A stretch of 42,686 nt of DNA from a virus. Lineage: Duplodnaviria > Caudoviricetes. Position 1 is the first letter of the stretch. Each line of letters starts with the position of its first letter. The notes under the pieces are model-generated. The model had not been told where the DNA came from. It did no database searches and was given only the letters and a program-made list of their open reading frames with translations. The DNA lies in the IMG/VR virus record IMGVR_UViG_3300043443_000105, positions 1-42,686 of that record. The stretch is one strand, 5' to 3'. The translations under genes and the position numbers were made by a program. Shown in pieces: positions 10,235 through 19,310 of the stretch.

Positions 10235-10876
10235 TTATTTAAACGGGGTTCCAGTTATCCATGCAACTAAACTATAACGAGTTCCTTTTGTAACTGGACG
10301 AACTTCGTGTAATACATAACTTGGAAAACAAACCAATTTACCTTGTTCTTTAGCCATAATAGTTTCTTCTCCTGTATTAAGAACAAGTTCACCACCTTCA
10401 TAATCATCAGGATCAGATAGTTGAATTGTTAAAGATAGTTTACGAACAGGACCATTGAGCCATTTATCTATATGCGCTCCGTAAAACCCTGATGGCGCTT
10501 CGTATTTAGTAAATTGAAAACCTTCTGCAAAACCAAACAACTCAAATTTAAAAAATTGATTGTTAAGAGAAGTTATTACATCTGTAACTTTTTGATAGGC
10601 CCATTGCATATTATCTGCTGAATACAACCAACTTACCTGGCTATCACGAGCATCTAAAATAATTTTATTATTTATTACGGTAGCTTTCTCTAGAATTTTT
10701 TGTTCACCTAATTTAATAATTTCTTTACACTCCTGCGGAGTAAAAACACCATTCCAATACGCCCAATTATCAACATGGTCTGCATTAAAAAACCATGCAG
10801 CATTAGCCGTTTGTGGTTGTAGTTGTAGTTGTGGTTTTTGTACAGGAAGATTAATTATTTTTTTAGCGTTTTTCAT
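10235..10876 (-). CDS. PKHD-type 2OG-Fe(II) oxygenase
   Basis: FQFTKY..FYGAHID, RKLSLTIQLSDPDDYEGGEL and FPSYVLHEVRPVTKGTRYSLVAW. Start set to the ATG overlapping the cupin end. Confidence 0.9.
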   Translation of the reverse strand: MKNAKKIINLPVQKPQLQLQPQTANAAWFFNADHVDNWAYWNGVFTPQECKEIIKLGEQKILEKATVINNKIILDARDSQVSWLYSADNMQWAYQKVTDVITSLNNQFFKFELFGFAEGFQFTKYEAPSGFYGAHIDKWLNGPVRKLSLTIQLSDPDDYEGGELVLNTGEETIMAKEQGKLVCFPSYVLHEVRPVTKGTRYSLVAWITGTPFK

Positions 10877-11261
10877 CAAGATACTCTTTTGGTGTTGATT
10901 TAATCCCATTAAATCCTTCTTCAATAAATCTGTAGTCCATACCTCCTTCAGGTATATCCGCCGGATCAATAATGTCCTCTACTCTTTCACCATCACGGAT
11001 AGCATGAATACAATAACAAACCGTGTCGTCCTCAAGTGCTTCAAGTTCGTGTTTAAATCCTGCGGAAATAAAAATAATAGTAGGTGCAATAAATTCAGTT
11101 GCTTTACCATTAACCGTTACTTTTACTTTACCTTTACCAAGCAAGGTCTGGTGATCAAATATATGCGTATGCCCTTCATTTATGTCACCTGCTTTTACAA
11201 AGTGCATTTGTTTAACCCATGTATTTGCTACAAGACTAATTTTAGAAAGTGGGTATGCCAT
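10863..11261 (-). CDS. cupin-domain protein
   Basis: GHTHIFDHQTLLGKG...AGFKHELEALED (cupin metal-binding histidines). Confidence 0.75.
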   Translation of the reverse strand: MAYPLSKISLVANTWVKQMHFVKAGDINEGHTHIFDHQTLLGKGKVKVTVNGKATEFIAPTIIFISAGFKHELEALEDDTVCYCIHAIRDGERVEDIIDPADIPEGGMDYRFIEEGFNGIKSTPKEYLDEKR

Positions 11262-11263
11262 TT

Positions 11264-12055
11264 TTATGGTGTTCCAAAACCAGTAATATTAGAGGCAGAT
11301 GTTAAATTACCTGTAGCGTCCATAGACATTACTACAGTAGCACCATATTTAAATTGCAACACACCGCCAGATTCAGTAATTGTAAAGTTAGTAGTTTTAA
11401 AATTTGTAGCGGCTACATTTGTTGCATTTACAGTTGTTGCATTTACGGTTGTTGCATTTACGGTTGTTGCATTTATTGTTGTTGCGTTTGCAGTAGTAGC
11501 AAATAAAGAAGTAGCTGTTACGTTAGCTGATGTAAGCGTGTTTGTGATAGTTGCATTATTACCAAGCAAAAAAGAAGTAGCTGTTACGTTGCTAGTAGCA
11601 ACTAAATTAGTAGCAGTTCCAGTACCATTAACCGTAAAGTTACCTGCCGAACCAGACAACCCATTGACAAAATTAGTGCCGTCACAATAGACAAGGCATG
11701 TAGCTCCATTAGGTATAATTACACCTGTACCAGAAGCCCCAATTATTCGGATTGCGTAACCACCGGTAGTATTGTTTACAACGGTATATAACTTTTCAAC
11801 CACGGGTGGGATAAGGTCACGTTGGGCATTATTAGTGCCAGTAACCACTAAAACCGCATTTCTAGCCTCGTCTGATATTCCGTTAAAGCTAGTTAGGGTG
11901 TAGTTGGCATCAGTCATTACAATAGACTGTACGCCAGTAATAGCCTGTTCAACCAAAGTACCTAGGTTGGTATTAGTTGTTTGCCCCCAAAGACCCGCTT
12001 GGTCACCATCCCCCATTAGGGTTAGCTTTAAACTTGTCGAATATGTACTTGCCAT
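11264..12055 (-). CDS. tail fibre / tail structural protein
   Basis: MASTYSTSLKLTLMGDGDQAGLWGQTTNTNL N-terminal domain; T/N/A-rich with pentapeptide repeats. Confidence 0.65.
   Translation of the reverse strand: MASTYSTSLKLTLMGDGDQAGLWGQTTNTNLGTLVEQAITGVQSIVMTDANYTLTSFNGISDEARNAVLVVTGTNNAQRDLIPPVVEKLYTVVNNTTGGYAIRIIGASGTGVIIPNGATCLVYCDGTNFVNGLSGSAGNFTVNGTGTATNLVATSNVTATSFLLGNNATITNTLTSANVTATSLFATTANATTINATTVNATTVNATTVNATNVAATNFKTTNFTITESGGVLQFKYGATVVMSMDATGNLTSASNITGFGTP
11421..11490. repeat. 15-bp tandem repeat, about 5 copies (encodes NATTV)
   Basis: GTTGCATTTA at 11421, 11436, 11451 and 11466, with a variant at 11481. Confidence 0.9.
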
Positions 12056-12064
12056 AATTTATCC

Positions 12065-12541
12065 TTAAGGTGTTAAAACCAAGCCCCAGACGTTAACACG
12101 CTTTATCTTACCAACAGCCATAACACCTGTTACATCAACTAATGACCCAGATTGAGTGCCTACAGTACCAACTTGACCAACTGCGTAAACACCTGTTACG
12201 TTAACATCTGACCCTGCTGTGGGTTCTACGTTACCTAGGGTAACAATAGATGAAACACCCGTTAATACAAGCGTAACACTTTCAACTATCGAGACATTGC
12301 CAATTACACCTACAGCATTAACGCCCGTTGGTACAACGTTACCTTGCGCCACAATTGTTACGCTACCCGTTTGACCTACTGCAACAACGCCTGTAGGTAG
12401 AATTTCAATACCTAAGCCTATGGCAACCGTGCCAACTTGACCTACGGCAGATACCCCAGTAAGTTGGACCGATATACCAATCGTTGCCTCACCAGTATCA
12501 GCAAATGGGGCACCAGCGTAGGGCGAGAAGCCAAAGGTCAT
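12065..12541 (-). CDS. virion structural protein with TGVxAVGxVG repeats
   Basis: MTFGFSPYAGAPFAD start and about six ~21-aa beta repeats; lies within the tail module. Confidence 0.6.
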   Translation of the reverse strand: MTFGFSPYAGAPFADTGEATIGISVQLTGVSAVGQVGTVAIGLGIEILPTGVVAVGQTGSVTIVAQGNVVPTGVNAVGVIGNVSIVESVTLVLTGVSSIVTLGNVEPTAGSDVNVTGVYAVGQVGTVGTQSGSLVDVTGVMAVGKIKRVNVWGLVLTP

Positions 12542-14919
12542 TACTTGCCTTTCAGAGCATCTACTTCGGCCTTCAACTCCTTAATAGCCTCAATGAGCAA
12601 CGGAATAATTCGGTCGTATTTAACTGCTTTCATACCGTTTTCTCTAGTGCCAACTACTTCTGGAATCACTTTTTCAATCTCTTGGGCAATTACACCAACG
12701 TCGTGTTTACGAACAAAGTAACCGTCTTCTGGCTCATCCAAGTTATTCCAATCAAACTCAACACCACGAATTTGAAGGACTTTAGCAAGCGCATTTGCAA
12801 TTACTTGTACGTTGTCTTTTAAACGTTCGTCTGAAGAGTAGTATGCAGTAACGTTATTTGTTGCACGAATCTCACCAGTAGTGCCTGATGCCGCTGTACC
12901 AACACCCAAAGAAGAAATTTGAGTGCTACCTAAGCTACCAACAGAAGTAATGTTGGTTTGCGCAGCGGTACTTAATGTGCCAGCAACTGTAGTAAATGTA
13001 CCTACGTTTGCAGTAAACGAACCATCAGAATCACGAGCCACAATAGTAGAAGCTCCATTGGCAGAAGCCGCAGTAGTTCTAGCGTTAGCAACAGTGCCTG
13101 TAGTTACGTTTGATCCATTGATAGCAGATACGTTGGACCCATCACCAATAATAAACGAACCTGTTATTGCCCCAGCAGCAAACGCTCCACCTGCATCACG
13201 AAGCACAATAGTACTAGCACCGTTACTAGAAGAAGCAGTCGTTCTTGCATTATCGACAGTCCCTGAAGTTAGGTTGGACGCATTAATAGCAGATAGAGCT
13301 ACACCGTTACCTGAAATAGAATTAGCCGTAATATCGCCAGCACCAAAGCTACCAGATGAATCACGAAGAACAATCGTAGCTGCCCCGTTAGCAGAAGCCG
13401 CTGTGGTTCTAGAGTTACCAATAGTTCCAGACGATATATTGCTTGCGTTAATAGAGGTTATGGTTGTACCAGCACCAATAAAGTTTGCTGCGGTTACGTT
13501 GCCACCTTCAAAAGCACCATTAGCATCACGCAGTACCAAAGTCGAAGCGCTATTAGCCGTGTTGGCTGTAGTACGGGCGTTATCTAAAGTACCAGAGGTG
13601 ACGTTAGAGGCATTAATAGCTGTTAGGGCTACGCCGTTACCAGTAATGTTAGTGAAGTTTCCGCTGGTTGCATTAACCGTTGTAGCTGTAACTACGTTGG
13701 CAGCAAAAGAACCATTAGAGTCACGAGATACGATAGTAGAAGCGCCGTTAGAATCAGAAGCAGTGGTTCTTGCGTTGGCTAAAGTGCCAACAGTAATGTT
13801 AGACACGTTAATAGCAGAATTAGAAGCAGAAGTTAACTGCCCCTGTGGGTTTACCTCAATAACGGCTACGTTAGCTGAATCACCATATAAACCTGTAGAA
13901 ACAGTAGTATTCGATATGCTAAACGTTAGATTAGAAAGGTTAAGACCGGTACCTGCTGCATAGATCTGAGCAGAACTAATCTGCGCAAACGTAAGGTTGG
14001 TTGAACCAAAAGTAATTGTGCCTACGGTATTGAGAATATAAGTTTCACCAGCCCCCGTATTACCAGACTGAACGAAGAATGCATCACCCTGACCTAGCTT
14101 ATTTGGGTCCCCAACGCCATAAGTATCAGCATCGGTCGCACGAGTAAGCACCCAAGCAGCCCCAGGACCAGGGGCATCGGGCGCACCGGGATTAGTAACC
14201 GTATAAACACCGTTTTGAACAGCATTAGCTTGGTTATAAACCAAAACACGAGCTGTGTTAGATAGAGACACACCATCAATACTTAAAGCTACGTTTGCGC
14301 CGCTATTAGTCAGCGTAGCACCTACGCCGTTTCCGGCACCGCCTGGCTGATTATACGTAGCGGTTAGAGCTGTCGGTGTTTCAACAAGAACAGGAGCGTG
14401 ATATGTGATACCTGTTGAAAAAAGCCCATCAACATAAGTCTTATTGGTAATATCCGTGGCGTTTGCAGCGTTGGTGCTAATTGTTCCGTTTGTTAGCGTT
14501 ACAGTAGTAGCTGTTAAGTTTGTGGTGTTGACATTAGTGAATGCTACGGTGTTTGTGCCATTACCAAATACTTCTACCTTACCTGTGGCTTGATTTGTAT
14601 ATAGCGCTTGCTCGGCTGGTTGAGTAATAAATACCTCAAGCCCACTTACACCACTAGTAAAGTTAACCTTAGATCCTGTTGATGAGGAAAAAACCGTATC
14701 CCTACTTAGCGTAGCTGGAGACGTAAATGTACCAACGCCAACTTCCCACTCTGTATCAGATCCAGCAGTTAAGTTATGGATGGTGTAATAAACGGTAGAA
14801 CCAGTAGTTATGGCGGCATTAAACGTTTGATAGCCAGGAAATGCACCACCAAGCGTAAGACTGCCTGTGCCAGAGCTAGAGCTGGATTCTTTAACCCTAT
14901 CTTTCAGAATCAAAGCCAT
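12541..14919 (-). CDS. long tail fibre with C-terminal intramolecular chaperone (peptidase S74) domain
   Basis: MALILKDRVKES head-binding region, five ~55-aa repeats, and YSSDERLKDN...GVIAQEIEKVIPEVV...VKYDRIIPLLIEAIKEL. Confidence 0.88.
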   Translation of the reverse strand: MALILKDRVKESSSSSGTGSLTLGGAFPGYQTFNAAITTGSTVYYTIHNLTAGSDTEWEVGVGTFTSPATLSRDTVFSSSTGSKVNFTSGVSGLEVFITQPAEQALYTNQATGKVEVFGNGTNTVAFTNVNTTNLTATTVTLTNGTISTNAANATDITNKTYVDGLFSTGITYHAPVLVETPTALTATYNQPGGAGNGVGATLTNSGANVALSIDGVSLSNTARVLVYNQANAVQNGVYTVTNPGAPDAPGPGAAWVLTRATDADTYGVGDPNKLGQGDAFFVQSGNTGAGETYILNTVGTITFGSTNLTFAQISSAQIYAAGTGLNLSNLTFSISNTTVSTGLYGDSANVAVIEVNPQGQLTSASNSAINVSNITVGTLANARTTASDSNGASTIVSRDSNGSFAANVVTATTVNATSGNFTNITGNGVALTAINASNVTSGTLDNARTTANTANSASTLVLRDANGAFEGGNVTAANFIGAGTTITSINASNISSGTIGNSRTTAASANGAATIVLRDSSGSFGAGDITANSISGNGVALSAINASNLTSGTVDNARTTASSSNGASTIVLRDAGGAFAAGAITGSFIIGDGSNVSAINGSNVTTGTVANARTTAASANGASTIVARDSDGSFTANVGTFTTVAGTLSTAAQTNITSVGSLGSTQISSLGVGTAASGTTGEIRATNNVTAYYSSDERLKDNVQVIANALAKVLQIRGVEFDWNNLDEPEDGYFVRKHDVGVIAQEIEKVIPEVVGTRENGMKAVKYDRIIPLLIEAIKELKAEVDALKGK
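13005..13812 (-). repeat. five ~55-aa (about 165 bp) repeats in the tail fibre
   Basis: INxSNxxxGTxxNxRTTAxxxNxAxTxVxRDxxGxF repeated 5 times. Confidence 0.85.
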
Positions 14920-14932
14920 AAGGCTCTCCTAA

Positions 14933-15364
14933 TTACGAAGCGGTTAAACGAATAATTGCGTTACTTGCATCAGCAGTTGGGAAGTTAACAGCAAAAGTAC
15001 CATTAGTAGAGGTCTTATCGCCGCCAAAAGCTAGTACAGCAACAGCCGCATTTGCTAAGTTAGCGTTATAGATCAAAGCGCCATTCGCAGTAATGGTTGC
15101 ATTTGCCCAAGAAGTATTGGAGAACGAGATGTAAGCTACGTTTCCAGAGTTAGTTGGGGTTACGCTAACCGACAAAGTATTACCACCAGCAGAATAATTG
15201 CCAGTAGAAGCTACTTCATTAGTTGTTGAATAAGCAGTTGTGTTCTCGTTAATGGTAGCCGAGCTGGTATACAGGGCTAATTTAAACGTATTTGCTGAAA
15301 AATTGTGCTGACCATTCAAGAGTTGAACCTTGAACGATGTAGCCATTGCTTGAGTAATTGCCAT
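14933..15364 (-). CDS. virion structural protein (tail-associated)
   Basis: MAITQAMATSFKVQLLNG..FKLALYTS..GALIYN..FGGDKTST; AGGAG RBS. Confidence 0.65.
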   Translation of the reverse strand: MAITQAMATSFKVQLLNGQHNFSANTFKLALYTSSATINENTTAYSTTNEVASTGNYSAGGNTLSVSVTPTNSGNVAYISFSNTSWANATITANGALIYNANLANAAVAVLAFGGDKTSTNGTFAVNFPTADASNAIIRLTAS

Positions 15365-15380
15365 TTTTTGCTCCTAAAAA

Positions 15381-16289
15381 TTATCTTACGGGTCCAGGTA
15401 CAGGTAATCGTAATTGTCCATCACGATAAGCGCTACGTCTATCTTTACCATCACCCAAATCTTTGAGCAACGCTAAGGATTCTTGGTACTTCTGCTCGTA
15501 ATAGTTGACCATATCTTGCTCACCCTTTTGGAAGATTATAGCCTCACGTAACGAACCATACAACAAAACACTTTCAAAATTATCACCCAGCCAGGAAGTT
15601 CCGGCTGCGTTCTGAATATTATTAACGGGTACTGAAAACCCACTTCCCGTACCCCCGATTGTAGATACCGCAGCGCTTAGTGTGTTACCCACAAGATATA
15701 GATACCCTGGGTTTACTAAAGTAACCGTAGTTACCACTCCTCCAGATACAGTAATCGTAGCAGTCCCATTTGAACCATTACCACCCGTCAAAGGAACATT
15801 GGTGTATACACCGTTGGTATATCCCGAACCACCAACAATCGTACCAAAACCAGCTAATCCGCCTTGAACAATCGTGGTTGGGTAGTAGTAATAATGCAGC
15901 TCGGTGTTGTAATTGTCATCTGGGGTCGGCCCAATTATGTAGGTATAGGGGGCAAACTGGGCATAGTACCTAGGTAAACCTGTATCAGTAGTTGGATTTG
16001 GGTAGGACTGACGGATAAAGTTAACGTCTTTATCAATTAAATACTCGTAGCTACCGTCGCTATTAATAACAGCAAGGGAGAAAGACGCCAAATAATCGGT
16101 GGGAAGCGCTATATAGTAGTCTCCCTGAATAAAGTTACCAATAACATTTTTACGGATAGCAGGGATCTGAACGGCGTTGTACACCCGCTCTTCGCAAAGC
16201 TGGACAAAGTTAGGAATGTTGTAGACAAAGAGTTGCTCTGTCGACTCAGCGTAGCTTTGTATTGCCTCAGATAACTGCTGGTAGTTCAT
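15381..16289 (-). CDS. head-tail adaptor / tail tubular protein A-like, with inserted beta domain
   Basis: GLPRYYA..IGPTPD..ELHYYY..LLYGSLREA adaptor motifs; insertion GGSGYTNG...GSGFSV. Confidence 0.65.
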   Translation of the reverse strand: MNYQQLSEAIQSYAESTEQLFVYNIPNFVQLCEERVYNAVQIPAIRKNVIGNFIQGDYYIALPTDYLASFSLAVINSDGSYEYLIDKDVNFIRQSYPNPTTDTGLPRYYAQFAPYTYIIGPTPDDNYNTELHYYYYPTTIVQGGLAGFGTIVGGSGYTNGVYTNVPLTGGNGSNGTATITVSGGVVTTVTLVNPGYLYLVGNTLSAAVSTIGGTGSGFSVPVNNIQNAAGTSWLGDNFESVLLYGSLREAIIFQKGEQDMVNYYEQKYQESLALLKDLGDGKDRRSAYRDGQLRLPVPGPVR

Positions 16290-16555
16290 TAGCCCATTTT
16301 CCCGCTAATTTTGCGACCCTTGGTAGCAGCACCATAACCACGCATTTCACCAACACCGTACGGGTTTATTGGCTTGTAGTTACCTTTACTAACGCCACCA
16401 ACAGACATATTCATTGTGTCCATTACTTTGGCACCGGGAGTATAAGCACTGTCTGCCACGATGCTAGTAGCTTTACCGTCCATTGTGTGCGGTGCAGCAT
16501 AAACCTCAGCAGGTCCTACTTCTTTACCGCCTTTTTTCATAGAGAACTTAGCCAT
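16289..16555 (-). CDS. small basic protein (MKKGG and RGYGAATKG motifs)
   Basis: 88 aa; translationally coupled to its neighbours. Confidence 0.7.
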   Translation of the reverse strand: MAKFSMKKGGKEVGPAEVYAAPHTMDGKATSIVADSAYTPGAKVMDTMNMSVGGVSKGNYKPINPYGVGEMRGYGAATKGRKISGKMG

Positions 16556-16749
16556 TATCGACCTCTTCCTGATTTCTTCTGATTCATGATACGAGCCATA
16601 TTGCGACCCATAGTCTTCATGTTTTTGTTCATTGAGCTAGTGCTTTTCTTTGGACCCTTCTCAATACCTATTGATGGACCAGAGTCACCTAAGTTTTTAC
16701 CTTCGGTTTTGCCCTTTTTGGTAATACCATCTGCGCCTTTTTTGTACAT
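16555..16749 (-). CDS. small basic protein (ADGITKKGKTEG motif)
   Basis: 64 aa; AGGAG RBS. Confidence 0.65.
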   Translation of the reverse strand: MYKKGADGITKKGKTEGKNLGDSGPSIGIEKGPKKSTSSMNKNMKTMGRNMARIMNQKKSGRGR

Positions 16750-16759
16750 TTTTAACTCC

Positions 16760-17185
16760 TTAAGTTGTTGTTACTGATACTGTACCAAGAATTACTTGTT
16801 GTACCAAGTCATTTGGAGTTAAACCTGCATCAGGACCTCTACTACCCCCGACTGGGTTCCACCCCCACTGAAACACCCTACTACCTAACTCTGGACTACC
16901 AAATCCATCTGGACCAATGCCCGTCTGGTTAATTTGTAAACCACTTTGTCCTGATACTAAATAACTCACGTCTGGTCTTGGTTCCCGCACCGCCTGTGGA
17001 TCATTTACTGGGTACAAGCCTAGAGACAACTGAGGCTGATCTGGATCCCAACAAGACGGGCAAACCTTAACTTGATACGGTTTTGTCTTTAATATCTGTA
17101 TCTTTAACTCCGTAAGTTTATACCGTTGTGCACATCTGTCGCACTCCGCAATAGCATATTTACCTGAAGAAAACTTATTTGGCAT
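16760..17185 (-). CDS. conserved phage zinc-finger-like protein
   Basis: CDRC...CPSC followed by DPDQPQL...DPQAVREPRPD. Confidence 0.7.
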   Translation of the reverse strand: MPNKFSSGKYAIAECDRCAQRYKLTELKIQILKTKPYQVKVCPSCWDPDQPQLSLGLYPVNDPQAVREPRPDVSYLVSGQSGLQINQTGIGPDGFGSPELGSRVFQWGWNPVGGSRGPDAGLTPNDLVQQVILGTVSVTTT

Positions 17186-17191
17186 GGCATA

Positions 17192-18124
17192 TCATCTGTA
17201 ATAAAACATATTGCGTGGAACTATACGGATTGTGGCTGTTTCTCTGTCTTCGTCCGCAGCCAACTGCCATTGTTGTTCATAGTCAGATTTGAGCATCATT
17301 ATTCTATTTGGATCGACTCCAGGCATTTTGGTACTTAATTGATAAGCCAGACCAGCGGTCATACAGGGGATAAATCTAAATGGAATATCTTGGGTTCTGA
17401 TACCAGTGCCTGCGTCTTGGATTCTACGCATTCTGTAATACACAAATGTGTATTGGTCGCCAGGTGCATTAGGGGTGGGCCAGACGTTAACACATGGTAA
17501 ATTGTTGGTATATACGTTTGCAGCTGTTAAATGACTAGCCGCTGTAGTGCCATTCTGACCACGCCAAGCATTAATAATCTGGTTGCCTACGATGTTTTGA
17601 TAGCCAATGGTTTCGTTGTCAATATTAACAAAACCTTGAGTTGGGATATTAGCAGCATTAACTAAGGTAATAGTTGTATCAGTTGCGGTTATGGCGCCAT
17701 CTAAAACAGCTTGTGGGGTTGCTGCCACATTACCTGACTGTCTGTTAAACCAAACTTGAATTGGGCGCCCATTAGCGTTTTTATTGGGGATGGTAAGGTA
17801 AGTAGGTTCACTAATACGGCTAATATTAATGTCAATTTGGTTATTGCTCTGACCATTATTAGTACGCACCACGGTATCTAAAAGGTCAACTGTATCAACG
17901 GGAATAGGGTAAATAGCCTGCCCAGTATTCATTACAAACTGCCCTTGCTCTACAGTCCACAAGTTAATACCACGGTTAGCCCACTCAATCGTCAATAGGT
18001 TTAAAGACCGCCGTGCAGTACGAAAGTCATAACCGGAGCGAACCTCTAAACCACAACGTTCAAACGCCTCCTCAATGAGGTCGTTCATGTCTAAGTTGAA
18101 GTTATTTGTACCAGTAGTGGTCAT
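17192..18124 (-). CDS. head-tail connector / adaptor protein with inserted beta domain
   Basis: DLIEEAFERCG..ARRSLNLLTIEWANRGINLW..VWPTP..FRFIPCMTAGLAY. Confidence 0.65.
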   Translation of the reverse strand: MTTTGTNNFNLDMNDLIEEAFERCGLEVRSGYDFRTARRSLNLLTIEWANRGINLWTVEQGQFVMNTGQAIYPIPVDTVDLLDTVVRTNNGQSNNQIDINISRISEPTYLTIPNKNANGRPIQVWFNRQSGNVAATPQAVLDGAITATDTTITLVNAANIPTQGFVNIDNETIGYQNIVGNQIINAWRGQNGTTAASHLTAANVYTNNLPCVNVWPTPNAPGDQYTFVYYRMRRIQDAGTGIRTQDIPFRFIPCMTAGLAYQLSTKMPGVDPNRIMMLKSDYEQQWQLAADEDRETATIRIVPRNMFYYR

Positions 18125-18468
18125 ATCTTCCTAAACGGTTTTACTTTTGCTTTTACTTTTGCTGGCTGGGGCACGAACTGCTTTCCCTGTGCTTTGCCTG
18201 CTCGTTTTGCTCGTGTTGTTGCTGCGTACTCGGATGGACTCAATGACTGGATCGCCTTTTTGGGTAGGTATCTTTCGCCTGTTTCGGACGACTTCTTCCC
18301 TGACTTGGTTGTCCACTCTTGGTCGCCCCAAGCCTTTAAAGAACGTTGCGATGCGGCTAAACCACCCCCTACCATCTTCTTCTTTTTGCTGGCGCAATGA
18401 GCCTTCTCCGAGAACCCCTTTGGGCTGTCGCAGTTGATTGACTTTTTGCGTTTGTCGGACCATTTCAT
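18121..18468 (-). CDS. small basic conserved protein
   Basis: SLKAWGDQEWTTKSG..ERYLPKKA motif; overlaps its neighbours. Confidence 0.7.
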   Translation of the reverse strand: MKWSDKRKKSINCDSPKGFSEKAHCASKKKKMVGGGLAASQRSLKAWGDQEWTTKSGKKSSETGERYLPKKAIQSLSPSEYAATTRAKRAGKAQGKQFVPQPAKVKAKVKPFRKI

Positions 18469-18731
18469 TTTTTTAGCTTTGACAAAGTCTGTGCTAATCT
18501 CGCTCTTTGCCCCATCTTACCTGGCTTTTTAGCTGCCACAGCAAGTTTTTTAGCGGGGATCTTCTCACCTTTTTTAACACCCATAGATGCTCTTAAGGCG
18601 CCCGGTTTTTTAATTGCATCTTGGATCCAATTAACTTTGCCACCTTTTTTCATCTCAACGCCACGTCCTTTTAGGACGTCAGCACGGGTTACTTCACCAT
18701 CTTTATTTAGATCAGGAAACGATTTAGCCAC
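18465..18731 (-). CDS. small basic protein with EF-hand-like motif
   Basis: GTG start after GGAGG; DLNKDGEVTRAD, MKKGGKV and WIQDAIKKPGALR. Confidence 0.7.
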   Translation of the reverse strand: MAKSFPDLNKDGEVTRADVLKGRGVEMKKGGKVNWIQDAIKKPGALRASMGVKKGEKIPAKKLAVAAKKPGKMGQRARLAQTLSKLKK

Positions 18732-19011
18732 GATAACCTCCACCTTTTGCTTTGTATTTTTTAGCTAAGAGTTGTGCCTTCCTAGCCGACCATTGACCCG
18801 CCGCAGTGCCTTGCACAGCCGACGCTTTAATACTCTCAAATAAAGATTTGCGCATACTAGGCTTCGTATAGTTACCAGCCTGATTAACCTTAGAAGTTTT
18901 ACCCCCTTTGGAGTACATATCCACTGCATCGGGATTATCTTTACGATGAATAACTTTACCTTTAGGCATTTTAGAAGGGAGAATGGCGCCCATACCACGG
19001 CTGGCTCTCAT
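18724..19011 (-). CDS. small basic conserved protein
   Basis: NYTKPSMRK..GQWSARKAQLLAKKYKAKGGGY. Confidence 0.7.
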   Translation of the reverse strand: MRASRGMGAILPSKMPKGKVIHRKDNPDAVDMYSKGGKTSKVNQAGNYTKPSMRKSLFESIKASAVQGTAAGQWSARKAQLLAKKYKAKGGGYRG

Positions 19012-19310
19012 ACCATTTTTCCTTTGGTTTTACCTCGCATTGCGCAGCCGTCAGCTCGTTTAGAAGCTGAGGATACCTTGCCACCCTTTTTATACCCAGC
19101 ATACTCATATGCCTCGCCCTCACGGGCACGGGCAGGAACAGATTCACGCAAAGCACGGGCTGCTCTCATTTCGTCTCTAGCTGCTTTAGCCATGGTTGGC
19201 ATCATTTTAGAGAGAATATCTTTCTCCCCTTCAATACCTTGAACCATCATCTCACGAGACTTTTCAAGCTTCTCGCTCTCTTTAACTGTAGGTTTACGAT
19301 AATCTGGCAT
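19008..19310 (-). CDS. small basic protein with GG tag and RADGxAxRGKTKG tail
   Basis: YKKGGKVSSASKRADGCAMRGKTKGKMV. Confidence 0.7.
   Translation of the reverse strand: MPDYRKPTVKESEKLEKSREMMVQGIEGEKDILSKMMPTMAKAARDEMRAARALRESVPARAREGEAYEYAGYKKGGKVSSASKRADGCAMRGKTKGKMV

Noticed and set aside
11004-11690. 228-aa plus-strand ORF with VVAFT repeats
   Set aside because: Antisense of the cupin and the NATTV repeats.
12923-13963. 346-aa plus-strand ORF
   Set aside because: Antisense shadow of the repetitive tail-fibre gene; no RBS and opposite to the operon.
18131-18463. 110-aa alternative-frame ORF
   Set aside because: Nested in the 18121-18468 gene, which has the conserved motifs and coupled start and stop.
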